Assembly: GCA_964355175.1 (NCBI GenBank)
Contig: CAYHBZ010000002.1
Location: forward strand, 332,537-396,536
DNA: 64,000 nt
Source of the DNA: an uncultured Gammaproteobacteria bacterium
GTDB taxonomy: Bacteria; Patescibacteriota; Patescibacteriia; Magasanikbacterales; GWA2-37-8
Direction of reading: 5' to 3'
Positions 47,297 through 59,786 of this stretch are shown piece by piece; the stretch's first letter is position 1; each line of letters starts with the position of its first letter. Both the position numbers and the translations under genes were made by a program. A model generated the notes under the pieces. That model was not told where the DNA came from. It searched no databases and was given only the letters and a program-made list of their open reading frames with translations.

Positions 47297-49430
47297 ACTG
47301 GTCGCAAATTCCACCACTGCTTCCAGTATACAAAGATAGAAATCTACAAATTTGTCGTTCATTTACTAATCCGTACAAACGATTTTTTGGTTCATAAGTG
47401 GTGTTACATGCTGTCACTGGATATGCATCGTTTGTGTATGGACAGGCAACATTCATTAATCTGTTTGGACTGCTAAAATTATCTACATCTCCCATGATTC
47501 CAACGCGTGTTGGTTTCATAAGGTTGGCAAAAGCAGGCAAACCTCCACCCATATTGTTGCACGATACTTCCAGTCCGCCTTCTGAGCTCAATGGATCGCA
47601 ATCAACCACACCATTTTTGCCACAACCGTTACCAATCAGATCTTTCCACTGCGAATTTTGAAGGCAGTCTTTTTTTATTGCCTCGTTTGGTTGACATTGA
47701 TAATTTCCATATGGTCCGTATGTACAATTATTCGTTGGTTTTGTTATAAAAGAGTAAAAAGAATTATAGCTTCGCAACGGATCCGAAATTCCATACGGTT
47801 TATTAAATTTTGCAACGTAATCATTGGGTAATAACAATTTGTCAGTTGTATATTCTTCGGTAAGGGCTGCGATTTGATGTCCAAATTCGTGTGAAAATAT
47901 TGCATCGTAGCGCAAAACATCATAGCAAAATTCTTTTGTTTTATCTTTGAGACAAGCGTCTAATTTTTCTCTTCCTGTTTCTATGCGGATATAGCCATCT
48001 ACGCATTTAACTGCCCACAAATTATCTGATTTATTGATATAAATTATTTGTCTATTTGGCAAATAGCAACTTCGTTTTATTTTTTCTGGCTGTGATATAT
48101 CTTTCATCTTCTTTGTTCCATTGACCAATTCATAAGTCAATTGTTCTGAATTTTCCAAGTCGGATAGCGAGTTTATGCCTTTGGTGGAATACCAAAATTG
48201 TAGCTTGTCTTTATTTGAGGAAAAAGGCTCTAGAGCCAATGGTCCATATTTTCCAGAAGTTATTTGTTTGGCGATGCCCAAAAAAGTATTATCATCTTCA
48301 CCCATGTTTACAAACAAAATATTAATTTTATCCTTTTCCAAATTTTTTTGTTTTCCGATTAGTGGTAAGCAGTCTGTTTCAGAAAATGATGGTGTAACTG
48401 CAAAATTATAAGCAATACCTAAACTAGGATATCCATTGGCAAAATAATATTCCATTGTTTCGTATGGTTTAGGGAATGTTTCTTTCTTGCCGTCTGTGTA
48501 TACCAGATCAAAATAAAAATAATATCCATAGGTTCCTTCAGGCAAGGTAAGAGAAAATGTTTGTGGTTTTGTGAAATCAATCTGTTTTTGTGTTTGCTCG
48601 TGAATTACTTCTTTTGATGTCATGTCACTTTTTGTGATAACAATGTGTGCGTCAACTTTACTTATTGTTTGCAAAGTAGCAGGATTGAAACGTATTCCAT
48701 ATATAAGATTGTACGGTTCATTAGCGATCACCGTTCGCAGAGGATCTTTTAATTCGACAGTTAATTTTGGAAAATTATAATTATTCCATGAAGTAACAGC
48801 CTCGTTTGGTGATGCTTTTTTCATTTGTACAGAGACAATATTTCCTCCTACCGCATTATTAAAATATATATTAGAAATAGCCGATATAAATCCCTCTTTT
48901 TTTGTTAGTACTTGGTATTCCTCGTTAGTGCCACCATCTATGTATATGTGAGCTTCTCCTTTTTCATTTGTTTCTGAAGTTTGGATTAATTTTTTTTGAT
49001 TATTTTTTTCTGAATATAATTCTAATATACTATTCGCTATCGGTTTATTATCTTCATCAGTTACTAAGATGGTTGTATTGTTCGAAACACAAGCACCACT
49101 AACACAACTGTAATTTCCAAGTTCAGCGCAATTTTTTTGGATTGCCTGATATTTTTTGTTTTCACACCTTCCCTCAAAAAGATAAGTTTTCCCTCCAGGA
49201 AAAGTATAACAATAATCGTCTTTGCCTTTAGGTATGGAACCAGATTTTACCTTGCCTTTCAATAAATAATTTTTTCCACCATCAGAATCAGAACAAGGCG
49301 GTTGTTTCTTTTTCCCACCTTTTGATTCACTTGCCGCTGTCGCAGTTGTGGCTATTGATGAAATACTTAGAAATACGATAGCTATAATTAGTTTAAGACC
49401 AATTTGTGTCATTAGTTTTGGAGTGATCAT
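47274..49430 (-). CDS. Secreted Cys-rich zinc metalloprotease (M64-like)
   Basis: Signal peptide; CSDSDGG module; KINILFV, EPFSSNKDK, HEFGHQIAALTEEY. Confidence 0.7.
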   Translation of the reverse strand: MITPKLMTQIGLKLIIAIVFLSISSIATTATAASESKGGKKKQPPCSDSDGGKNYLLKGKVKSGSIPKGKDDYCYTFPGGKTYLFEGRCENKKYQAIQKNCAELGNYSCVSGACVSNNTTILVTDEDNKPIANSILELYSEKNNQKKLIQTSETNEKGEAHIYIDGGTNEEYQVLTKKEGFISAISNIYFNNAVGGNIVSVQMKKASPNEAVTSWNNYNFPKLTVELKDPLRTVIANEPYNLIYGIRFNPATLQTISKVDAHIVITKSDMTSKEVIHEQTQKQIDFTKPQTFSLTLPEGTYGYYFYFDLVYTDGKKETFPKPYETMEYYFANGYPSLGIAYNFAVTPSFSETDCLPLIGKQKNLEKDKINILFVNMGEDDNTFLGIAKQITSGKYGPLALEPFSSNKDKLQFWYSTKGINSLSDLENSEQLTYELVNGTKKMKDISQPEKIKRSCYLPNRQIIYINKSDNLWAVKCVDGYIRIETGREKLDACLKDKTKEFCYDVLRYDAIFSHEFGHQIAALTEEYTTDKLLLPNDYVAKFNKPYGISDPLRSYNSFYSFITKPTNNCTYGPYGNYQCQPNEAIKKDCLQNSQWKDLIGNGCGKNGVVDCDPLSSEGGLEVSCNNMGGGLPAFANLMKPTRVGIMGDVDNFSSPNRLMNVACPYTNDAYPVTACNTTYEPKNRLYGLVNERQICRFLSLYTGSSGGICDQFKPNPSF

Positions 49431-49442
49431 AAATTTAAAAAG

Positions 49443-50858
49443 TTATCTTTTAATTACTTGTGTGCCTTCTTTAGTGTCTTCGACTTTGTAACCTAAAGCT
49501 TCCAATTTCAATCGCAATTCGTCGCTCTGGCCCCATTCTTTATTTTGTCGGGCTTCATCACGTTTTGTTATTAATTCTGAAATTTCATTTGGCAACGTTT
49601 CGATGGAAATCAGTTCAGATTTTTTTTGCAATTCTTCATTTATTTTTAATCCAAAAATTTGATCAAATTCTACCAAAGTATCCCGACTAATTCGATTGGC
49701 TTTTATGGCCTCCCAAGTCTGGCTTAAAGCCATAGATACATTCAAATCGTCGTTGACAGTTTTCTGAAAGGTTTCTTTTATTGCTTTTTCTGCTTCGATT
49801 ATTTCTTTGGTAGAAGTTTTTAAAAATTCTTCCTTGGTTTGTAGTTTTTTGGCCGTTTGATACAGATGATTCAAGCCAGTTTGAGCTGCGTGTAAGGCAT
49901 CCCAAGAAAAATTTAACTGTTTGCGATAGTTGGTCTGCATCAATAGATAGCGATAGGCGAGCGGGGAGAAGCCTTTGTCTTTGAGCACTTGTAAAGTGAG
50001 GAAATTGTCACCGGACTTTGCCATCTTATCACCGGCGATAATCAAAAATTCGCCATGGAGCCAGTAGTTGGCCAAAGGCGCGTCATTGGCGGCTTCGCTT
50101 TGGGCGATTTCATTGGTGTGATGTACCGGAATATGATCAATGCCGCCGCAGTGAATATCAAATGGCTGACCAAGATATTTGGTGGCCATCGCGCTACATT
50201 CGATATGCCAGCCCGGGAAGCCATTGCCCCATGGGCTTTCCCATTCCATCTGACGCTTTTGCAATTTTGGAGAAAATTTCCAGAGCGCGAAATCGGTAAT
50301 ATTTTTTTTGTCACCCACCTCCACCCGCGCGCCACCGCGCAGATCTTGATTCTGTAGATTGGCGAGTTTGCCGTAATCTTTTAATTTTGAAGTATCGAAA
50401 TAAATACCATCCGAAGTGGCATAGGCGTAACCGCGTTTTTGTAATTTTTTTATCAAATTAATTTGTTCTCTGATGTGGTCGGTAGCGCGACACCAGATAT
50501 CCGGAGCGATAATATTGAGTTCATCAATATCTTTGCGAAATTCACGCGTATAAAATTCGGCAATTTCCCAAGCGCTTTTGCCTTCACGCAAAGAACCTTT
50601 TTCCATTTTGTCTTCACCAGCATTGCCATCGTCGGTCAAGTGACCAACATCGGTGATGTTCATTACGTGTTTTATTTTATAGCCGTTGTAGCGCAAAATT
50701 CTTTTGAGAAAATCTTCAAATATATAAGTACGCAAATTTCCAATATGCGCGAAATTATATACAGTCGGGCCGCAAGTATAAAGACCCACTTTATTTTTTT
50801 TCAGTGGCTTGAATTCTTCTATTCGGCGATGTAGGGAATTATATAGGTATAGGGACAT
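49443..50858 (-). CDS. cysS: Cysteine--tRNA ligase
   Basis: CGPTVY, HIGN, PGWHIECSAM, KMAKS. Confidence 0.97.
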   Translation of the reverse strand: MSLYLYNSLHRRIEEFKPLKKNKVGLYTCGPTVYNFAHIGNLRTYIFEDFLKRILRYNGYKIKHVMNITDVGHLTDDGNAGEDKMEKGSLREGKSAWEIAEFYTREFRKDIDELNIIAPDIWCRATDHIREQINLIKKLQKRGYAYATSDGIYFDTSKLKDYGKLANLQNQDLRGGARVEVGDKKNITDFALWKFSPKLQKRQMEWESPWGNGFPGWHIECSAMATKYLGQPFDIHCGGIDHIPVHHTNEIAQSEAANDAPLANYWLHGEFLIIAGDKMAKSGDNFLTLQVLKDKGFSPLAYRYLLMQTNYRKQLNFSWDALHAAQTGLNHLYQTAKKLQTKEEFLKTSTKEIIEAEKAIKETFQKTVNDDLNVSMALSQTWEAIKANRISRDTLVEFDQIFGLKINEELQKKSELISIETLPNEISELITKRDEARQNKEWGQSDELRLKLEALGYKVEDTKEGTQVIKR

Positions 50859-50873
50859 AATTATAGTTATTTC

Positions 50874-51051
50874 AATTGGCTGAAATAATAATTTTGAAAA
50901 CATTGAAAATACGAGGAAATAATTTGTGAGTCACGCAGGCGTGGCTGGCCCTGCTGTTTGAGCCCGCAGGCGAGTTCAGGGTCAGAGACAGTGTGAGTTG
51001 CAAATTATCCGAGTATTTTCACAGTTTGAAAAATTTTTATTTCAGCCAATT
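50874..51051. repeat. Fold-back element family B, copy 1
   Basis: AATTGGCTGAAATAA...TTATTTCAGCCAATT arms; apex GCTGTTTGAGC-CCGCAG-GCGAGTTC. Confidence 0.8.
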
Positions 51052-51148
51052 TAGTACTTATTCTATATTATTTATCCACAGTTTTCAAGAGCTGTATATC
51101 AGTAACCATCTTTTTTTGCTATAATTAAAGCAATAAAATTTTATCAGT

Positions 51149-52288
51149 ATGTTTTTTTCTAAACCTAAATCTTACCTTGGTGTGGATTTGGGTGCCGGTG
51201 GTATCAAAATAGTGGAATTGAAACAGGAGAAAAAGAGACCAGTACTTCATACTTATGGTCTGACTTCTACTAATCAGGATATTCATAGTCTGTTTACCAA
51301 CAAGCCTATTAATCATACCACTACGCTGGGAAACACTGTTCAGCCAAACGAAGCGGTGAAATCATCGGGCGCGATAGATAATGCTCAGGTAGAAAAGTAT
51401 GCTAAGTTGCTCAAAGCGGTTTGTGTGGGGGCCAAGACGATTTCCAAAACAGCGGTGGTAAGTTTGCCGGTGTCGGTGCTTTTTCACGCGGTAATCAATT
51501 TGCCGCCAATGAAAAAGGAAGAACTGGATAGAGTATTGCGCGCGGAAGTAAAAAAATTATTGAATCGACCGGTAGATGAAATGGTCTTGGATTATCAGGT
51601 GCTCAAAGATGCCGGTGATGCCAAAACGCAAAGAGTGCTTATCAATGCCGTGCCCAAAGAATTGGTAATGTTTTATACGCAAGTATTCAAATTGGCTGGT
51701 TTGACTTTGGAATCGCTCGAGCCGGAATCGGTGGCGCTGGAGCGTTCGCTAATTGGACGTGATCAGAGCGTGGCGATGATCGTGGACATGGGCGCGGAGC
51801 GTACTAATTTTTATATTATTGATCAGAGCGCGGCCATTACTCATAATAGTACCGAGTTGGGCGGTGAAAGAATAAATAAAATTTTGGCCAATACTTTGAA
51901 AATCAAAGAGAGTATGGTCGAACAACTCAAACATGATTATTTTGGCACTCTAATGAATAAAGCTAATGCCGGGCAAAGTAAAGAAAAATTTTTAAATTTA
52001 TTTTATCCAGTAGTGGATCCGATAGTAAAAGAAATCGAATATGGTTTTGATCTGTACCTCAAACAAGTGGGCAACGAAAGTAAACGTCCGGAAAAAATAA
52101 TTTTGACCGGCGGTGCCAGCTTTATGCCATATTTGGCCGATCATATTTCCGAAGTGTTTAAAATAAAATGTTATGTGGGCGATCCATGGGGCCGAGTGGT
52201 ATATCAGGACGGTCTTAAGCCGCTTTTGCGCCAAGTTGGTCCGCGCATGTCGGTGGCGCTCGGGCTGGCCTTGCGTAATTTAGTGTGA
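51149..52288 (+). CDS. pilM: Type IV pilus assembly protein PilM
   Basis: LGVDLG..IKIVEL, VDMGA, ILTGGAS, VALGLALR. Confidence 0.92.
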   Translation: MFFSKPKSYLGVDLGAGGIKIVELKQEKKRPVLHTYGLTSTNQDIHSLFTNKPINHTTTLGNTVQPNEAVKSSGAIDNAQVEKYAKLLKAVCVGAKTISKTAVVSLPVSVLFHAVINLPPMKKEELDRVLRAEVKKLLNRPVDEMVLDYQVLKDAGDAKTQRVLINAVPKELVMFYTQVFKLAGLTLESLEPESVALERSLIGRDQSVAMIVDMGAERTNFYIIDQSAAITHNSTELGGERINKILANTLKIKESMVEQLKHDYFGTLMNKANAGQSKEKFLNLFYPVVDPIVKEIEYGFDLYLKQVGNESKRPEKIILTGGASFMPYLADHISEVFKIKCYVGDPWGRVVYQDGLKPLLRQVGPRMSVALGLALRNLV

Positions 52289-52327
52289 TACAATTAATAG
52301 CAATAGATTTACTAACTACAATCTTGT

Positions 52328-52711
52328 ATGGAAAAAGATAACAAACCGCACGTTTTGTTGGTGGAGGACGACGTGTTTTTGTCTGGTATTTACCAGAAAA
52401 AATTTGAGATGGAAGGATATAAAGTAACGGCAGTCGACAACGGTGAAAAAGTTTTACCGGAAGCGAAGAAAAAAATGCCGGATATTATTTTGCTCGATAT
52501 CCTGTTGCCAAAGATGGACGGGTTTACCGTGCTGTCCAAATTAAAAGAAGATGAACAAGTGAAAAATATTCCCGTAATCCTGCTTACCAATTTGGGACAA
52601 AAAGATGACGTGGAAAAAGGTTTACAGATGGGCGCGGTGGATTATTTGATAAAAGCGCATTTCAAACCATCTGAAGTTGTGGATAAGATTAAGTCGGTCT
52701 TACACCTCTAA
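52328..52711 (+). CDS. Stand-alone response regulator receiver protein
   Basis: VEDD, LLDILLPKMDG, LTN, DYLIK. Confidence 0.93.
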   Translation: MEKDNKPHVLLVEDDVFLSGIYQKKFEMEGYKVTAVDNGEKVLPEAKKKMPDIILLDILLPKMDGFTVLSKLKEDEQVKNIPVILLTNLGQKDDVEKGLQMGAVDYLIKAHFKPSEVVDKIKSVLHL

Positions 52712-52770
52712 GGTATTTGTGTTATAATTCATGTTATGAAAAAGAATCTAAATACAAAGGGGGTGAATTT

Positions 52771-53196
52771 ATGAACAAGAAAGGTTTCACCTTAATCGAA
52801 TTGTTAGTGGTTATCGCTATCATCGGCTTATTGTCCACTTTGGCTGTAGTAGCTTTGGGATCCGCTCGTGTAAAAGCGCGCGACTCAAAACGCTTGGCTG
52901 ATTTGAAACAAATGCAAACCGCTTTGGAATTGTATTACACCGATAATAACGCCTATCCACCAGCAGCCGCTCCTATTGCTTTGGGTTCTACCAACTACGC
53001 GTGTTTGAACGCTACTGGTTTCACCACCACTGGTTGTGCATCTCCATACATGGGACAGGTTCCTACCGATCCAAAAACTGGTAATTATACTTATAGCATA
53101 GCTAGCAGTAGTTACAGTATTACCGCTGTGTTGGAAGGTTCTGTAAACAACTTAGGCCCAGGTACTGTTACTTTGAGTCCATCTGGTTTGCAATAG
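52771..53196 (+). CDS. Type IV pilin (GspG-like)
   Basis: KKG|FTLIELLVVIAIIG prepilin site; strong SD; own terminator at 53211-53236. Confidence 0.93.
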   Translation: MNKKGFTLIELLVVIAIIGLLSTLAVVALGSARVKARDSKRLADLKQMQTALELYYTDNNAYPPAAAPIALGSTNYACLNATGFTTTGCASPYMGQVPTDPKTGNYTYSIASSSYSITAVLEGSVNNLGPGTVTLSPSGLQ

Positions 53197-53275
53197 TCTG
53201 TTATTTTATTAAAACCCTCGATTTTTCGGGGGTTTTATGTTTTTTTAAAAAATGTTATAATAGCGACTATACTAT

Positions 53276-54082
53276 ATGTTTGAATTACCTACAATTGTGA
53301 GCTATCTAGGCCGTACCAGCTATTTTCTGATTTTTTTTCTCGGGTTGATTTTGGGTAGTTTTTTGAATTCTATTATCTGGCGATTGTGGGACAATATCGC
53401 GATTTTTTCTCGTGCCCGCAGTATCTGTGTGCATTGTCGTAAGCAACTGTCTTGGAAAGAAAATATTCCTTTGCTCAGCTGGCTGGTGCTCAAAGGTAAA
53501 TGTGCTCACTGTAGTAAAAATATTTCCGTTTATTATCCGCTCGTGGAGCTCGGCGTCGCCACTTGTTTTACTTTAGTGGCTTATCACTATTTTCCAATGT
53601 CGAATTTTAGTGAGTGGACATTGTTGCGTGATTTAGTTTTTACTGCTTTTTTGGTGGTAATTTTTGTTCAGGATTTGCGCTATCAGCTGATTTTGCCAAA
53701 CGTGGTGTGGACTGGAGCGATATTTGGATTGGTGATAAATGTGAGTTTTTTGGGTTATGATTTTAATTCTTTGGCGCTGGGCGCTCTGATAGGTGGCGGA
53801 TTTTTCTTGGCTCAGTATTTGCTTTCGAGTGGACGCTGGATTGGTGGCGGAGATGTGCGCCTAGGGGTGATGATGGGATTGTGGTTGGGATGGCAGAATA
53901 CTATTGTAGCGATATTTTTGGCTTATATTATTGGGGCGATTTTTGCGGTATTTTTGTTGGTTACCAAAAGGGCACAGCGTGATACGGCGATTCCGTTTGG
54001 GACTTTTTTGGCGGTGACTACGATGGTGTCGCTTTATTGGGGGCAATCTTTGGTTCAGTGGTATGTCGGGTTATTGAGATAG
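53276..54082 (+). CDS. pilD: Prepilin peptidase
   Basis: GSFLN, RSICxxC...CxxC, GGGDVRL, IPFGTFL. Confidence 0.94.
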   Translation: MFELPTIVSYLGRTSYFLIFFLGLILGSFLNSIIWRLWDNIAIFSRARSICVHCRKQLSWKENIPLLSWLVLKGKCAHCSKNISVYYPLVELGVATCFTLVAYHYFPMSNFSEWTLLRDLVFTAFLVVIFVQDLRYQLILPNVVWTGAIFGLVINVSFLGYDFNSLALGALIGGGFFLAQYLLSSGRWIGGGDVRLGVMMGLWLGWQNTIVAIFLAYIIGAIFAVFLLVTKRAQRDTAIPFGTFLAVTTMVSLYWGQSLVQWYVGLLR

Positions 54083-54086
54083 TGTC

Positions 54087-56316
<2,230 letters not shown>

Positions 56317-56328
56317 TATAATATTTCC

Positions 56329-59190
56329 ATGTTATCTATCTCTTGGTTTAAAGACCTAACAATCAAAGCTGAGGACCTGGTAGGTAGTAAAAATGCTTTA
56401 CTAGGCGAGCTTTCAGCAAAATTATCAGACAAAGGAATTCAAATTCCTTCTGGTTTTGTTTTAAATTCCGAAATGGTTCAGGAGTTTTGGAAAAATAATG
56501 ATTTGAATAAAAAAATTAAAGAAAATCTAAAAAATTTAGATACCCAGGATTTGGCCGCTGTCGCCAAAGTTTCAGCCAAGGTGCAAAAAATGGTAATGCT
56601 GAATTCTTGGCCCAAAGAAATAGAACAAGAAATCAAAAAAGCGATAAAAAAATTGGGCAAGAATTCCGTTTCCATCACTTCGGCAATGGTAGATAAAAAT
56701 TTAGTTGATATTAATCTTCACAAACAAGAGGTTGTATTTTCAAATATTCGTGGAGAAAAAGATATATTATTATATTTTAAAAAGTGTTTTTCCGCCCTGT
56801 ATTCCGTGGCCGCTGTGGTAGAGCGTGAAAGCAAAGGTATTGATCATCTCAGCGTTGGTGTGGCCTTGGCGGTGCAGGAAATGCCGGCCACTATTGCTGT
56901 AGTAGGCAAGGTGCGTACGGATGATAGGGAGTCCGGTTTCAAAGGAGTGATTTCTATTAGTGCGGCCGACAGCATATCTCGTTTATCAGCCGCAGACCAA
57001 TTTTGTGTTTTTAAGGCCGGTATCAAAGCTGGTTTTAAATCTATCATCAGCCGTCAGCTTGGGGCTAAAGCTAAAAATATTTCTCAACAATTTTATATCA
57101 GCGATGATCAGGTGATAAAGCTCAGCAAAATCGCTATCGAGATTGAAGATTTTGTTCGTAGCACCGTGGCTATTAGTTGGACGATTGATAATAAAGAAAA
57201 TATTTATATTACCGAGGTGGTGGTAAACTCTGCAAAACTATCAGCCTCAGCCGGGATAATTGAAAATTACAGTTTGCAAAAACACGGTGAGGTATTGGTA
57301 CAAGGTGTGAGTGTTGGTCAAAAAATCGCTCAAGGCAAAGTGCGTATCGTAAATTCGGCCAAAGAAATGAGTGAATTTAAAGCTGGTGAAGTGTTGGTAA
57401 CCAAAATGACCGATGTCGATTGGGATGGTGTGATGCGTCTGGCTAGTGCGGTGATTACCGAGGGTGGTGGCAAAAATTCTCACGCCGCTATTCGCGCTCG
57501 TGAAATTGGTATTCCGTGTATTGTGGGGGCCGATAAAGCGTTAAAAATTTTAAAAAATAATCAGGAAGTGACCGTATCGTCCAATGTAGGTGAAGCTGGG
57601 TCGGTATACAGAGGCCGTCTGCCTTTTAGCGTGGAGCGCTCGGAGATAAAATCTATTCCGTCTACCCGCACCAAGATGCTTATCAATATGGCCAATCCGG
57701 ATAGCGCTTTCTCACTGAGCAATATTCCTACCGACGGCGTGGGTCTGGCGCGTGAAGAATTTATTTTTACCAATTTTGTCAAAATTCATCCGCTGGCTTT
57801 AGTAAATTACAAAGATATTAAAGATAAAAAAGTAAAAGCTAAAATTGATGAGTTGACTGTCGGTTATAAAGATAAAAAACAATACGGTATTGATAAGCTG
57901 GCCGAAGGTCTGGCGTTTTTGGCTACGGCTTTTTATCCGCACAGTGTGCAGGTGAGACTGTCGGATTTCAAAAGTAATGAATACGCATCGCTCATCGGTG
58001 GCACTCAATTTGAACCAAAAGAAGATGTGCCTTCCATGGGCTGGCGTGGGGCTAGTCGTTATTATGATCCAAAATATAAATCTGCTTTTGAATTGGAATG
58101 TGCCGCTATCAAAAAAGCGCGTGAAATTTGGGGACTAAAAAATATTATCATTACCGTACCATTTTGTCGCACGGTAGATGAAGGTAAAAAGGTGCTAGAA
58201 ACCATGAAAGAATTTGGCCTGGAGCAAGGTAAGCAGGATCTGAAAGTATATGTAATGTGCGAATTGCCGGCCAATGTAATTTTGGCCAAAGAATTTGCGC
58301 AGATTTTTGATGGTTTTAGTATTGGCAGTAACGATCTCACTCAATTTACTCTAGGCGTGGACAGAGATTCATCGCTGATGAGTAGTGTTTATGATGAAAA
58401 TAATTTGGCCGTAAAAAAATTAATTCGCCAATTGATTGAAACAGCGCATGAGTACAAACGACCGGTTAGTATTTGTGGAGAAGCCGTCAATGACAGCGCT
58501 GAGTTCGTAGAATTTTTGGTGCAAGAGGGAATAGACGGTATTTCTTTTAATAGTGATTCGGTAATGAAGATGCGTAATCGCGTTGCCAGTACCGAAAAAA
58601 AGGTAGGTAACTGGCGTGGACATACCCAGCAATTTGCTTTGGCCGCCAAGTCATTTTTGATAATTGGTGTGGTGGGCATGAGCTCAATTCTCGGCGGATA
58701 TGGCTGTCAGACAATAAATAATCAGACCGTGACCGATAATTTAAAAGTGCAAATGCAACAGCAAGTGCTGGAAATGAAAGCTCAATTGCGCCAAGAAATC
58801 ACTTCCGAAATAATTAAAAAAACACCGCCGCAAGTTTATAGTACCGACACTTTTGTAAAAATGAAACTTACTTATCCTGGCGGTTGGAGCACCAACGCTT
58901 GGGAAGATGGTGTGGAATTTGCCTCTGCGGACGAATCTCAATATTTCATGGTGTTTGTCCAAAAGATGGGTCATCCCGTACCGGCAGAAAAAATTTCCAC
59001 CACTACTTGGAATAATTATCCAGCCAAGCGTCTACAGGACGGTAGTCAAAAAGATGGTACGCCGTATGAGGTGCTCGAAGTATATGTCAAAGGCTACAAA
59101 CAAACCGAAAATATTGTTGAGCTACGCGGCGACCCCAAAACCTTTGAAGATAATTTGAAAAAAGTGGAACAATTTGAGATAAAGAAATAA
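56329..59190 (+). CDS. PEP synthase homologue with degenerate ATP-grasp domain and C-terminal membrane/extracellular extension
   Basis: Intact SHAAI, GVGLAREEF, MCELPAN, FSIGSNDLTQ, ICGE; RSS/GLGE/DIEW/QARP motifs lost; TM ending GYGC. Confidence 0.85.
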   Translation: MLSISWFKDLTIKAEDLVGSKNALLGELSAKLSDKGIQIPSGFVLNSEMVQEFWKNNDLNKKIKENLKNLDTQDLAAVAKVSAKVQKMVMLNSWPKEIEQEIKKAIKKLGKNSVSITSAMVDKNLVDINLHKQEVVFSNIRGEKDILLYFKKCFSALYSVAAVVERESKGIDHLSVGVALAVQEMPATIAVVGKVRTDDRESGFKGVISISAADSISRLSAADQFCVFKAGIKAGFKSIISRQLGAKAKNISQQFYISDDQVIKLSKIAIEIEDFVRSTVAISWTIDNKENIYITEVVVNSAKLSASAGIIENYSLQKHGEVLVQGVSVGQKIAQGKVRIVNSAKEMSEFKAGEVLVTKMTDVDWDGVMRLASAVITEGGGKNSHAAIRAREIGIPCIVGADKALKILKNNQEVTVSSNVGEAGSVYRGRLPFSVERSEIKSIPSTRTKMLINMANPDSAFSLSNIPTDGVGLAREEFIFTNFVKIHPLALVNYKDIKDKKVKAKIDELTVGYKDKKQYGIDKLAEGLAFLATAFYPHSVQVRLSDFKSNEYASLIGGTQFEPKEDVPSMGWRGASRYYDPKYKSAFELECAAIKKAREIWGLKNIIITVPFCRTVDEGKKVLETMKEFGLEQGKQDLKVYVMCELPANVILAKEFAQIFDGFSIGSNDLTQFTLGVDRDSSLMSSVYDENNLAVKKLIRQLIETAHEYKRPVSICGEAVNDSAEFVEFLVQEGIDGISFNSDSVMKMRNRVASTEKKVGNWRGHTQQFALAAKSFLIIGVVGMSSILGGYGCQTINNQTVTDNLKVQMQQQVLEMKAQLRQEITSEIIKKTPPQVYSTDTFVKMKLTYPGGWSTNAWEDGVEFASADESQYFMVFVQKMGHPVPAEKISTTTWNNYPAKRLQDGSQKDGTPYEVLEVYVKGYKQTENIVELRGDPKTFEDNLKKVEQFEIKK

Positions 59191-59318
59191 AACAAAAATC
59201 CTCCAATAATTTGGGGGATTTTTTAATAGTGTAGTTCTGGCCGGCCCCCAACTACTTCAGCATTTGGACCTTGCGGTCCGTGTGCCTTTTCGTCGGGGGC
59301 CGGGTGGCAGGAACTTCT

Positions 59319-59588
59319 TCAGGCAGCGACGCTACGCATCTTGTCCGCGTGCAGGGTCTGGCTGCTAGAACGCAGCGAGCCGCTGATGTGCCGCAGGCCA
59401 GGCTTTTCGCCCAGACTCACGCAGAGCTCAGGACCCGACAGTACGCCCTTGAGCGCCAGGGTGAGTTGGTGCCCGCGTTCCATGTAGACCACGGTGAGGT
59501 GCTCGCCCCAGTCGGTGATGATCGTATGGCCACACTTGAGTTGGGGCCAGTTGTTCCGCGTGAGATCGCGGGCATTGAAGGTCGTCAT
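59319..59588 (-). CDS. GC-rich small orphan protein
   Basis: 89 aa from ATG at 59588; promoter TTGACA-17-TATAAG at 59677-59649. Confidence 0.5.
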   Translation of the reverse strand: MTTFNARDLTRNNWPQLKCGHTIITDWGEHLTVVYMERGHQLTLALKGVLSGPELCVSLGEKPGLRHISGSLRSSSQTLHADKMRSVAA

Positions 59589-59729
59589 TGTCGTGCCTTT
59601 GCTTGAGGTTGTTCTTGCCACACCATCCGGCTTTGGATGGATGTCATACTTATATACTAAAATAGCCATTTTGTCAATCTAGAAACAAAAAAATCTGTTC
59701 TTTTTAAACAGATTTATAAGTCGCTGATA

Positions 59730-59786
59730 AGCGGGTCGGACGGGACTCGAACCCGCAACTTTCCCGACTTAGTCGGGATGCTCTAA
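59730..59786 (-). repeat. 3' partial copy of tRNA-Asp with a palindrome replacing the anticodon arm
   Basis: Identical to the real gene from TTAGAGCA to the 3' end except for the 17-nt arm (59762-59778). Confidence 0.9.
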
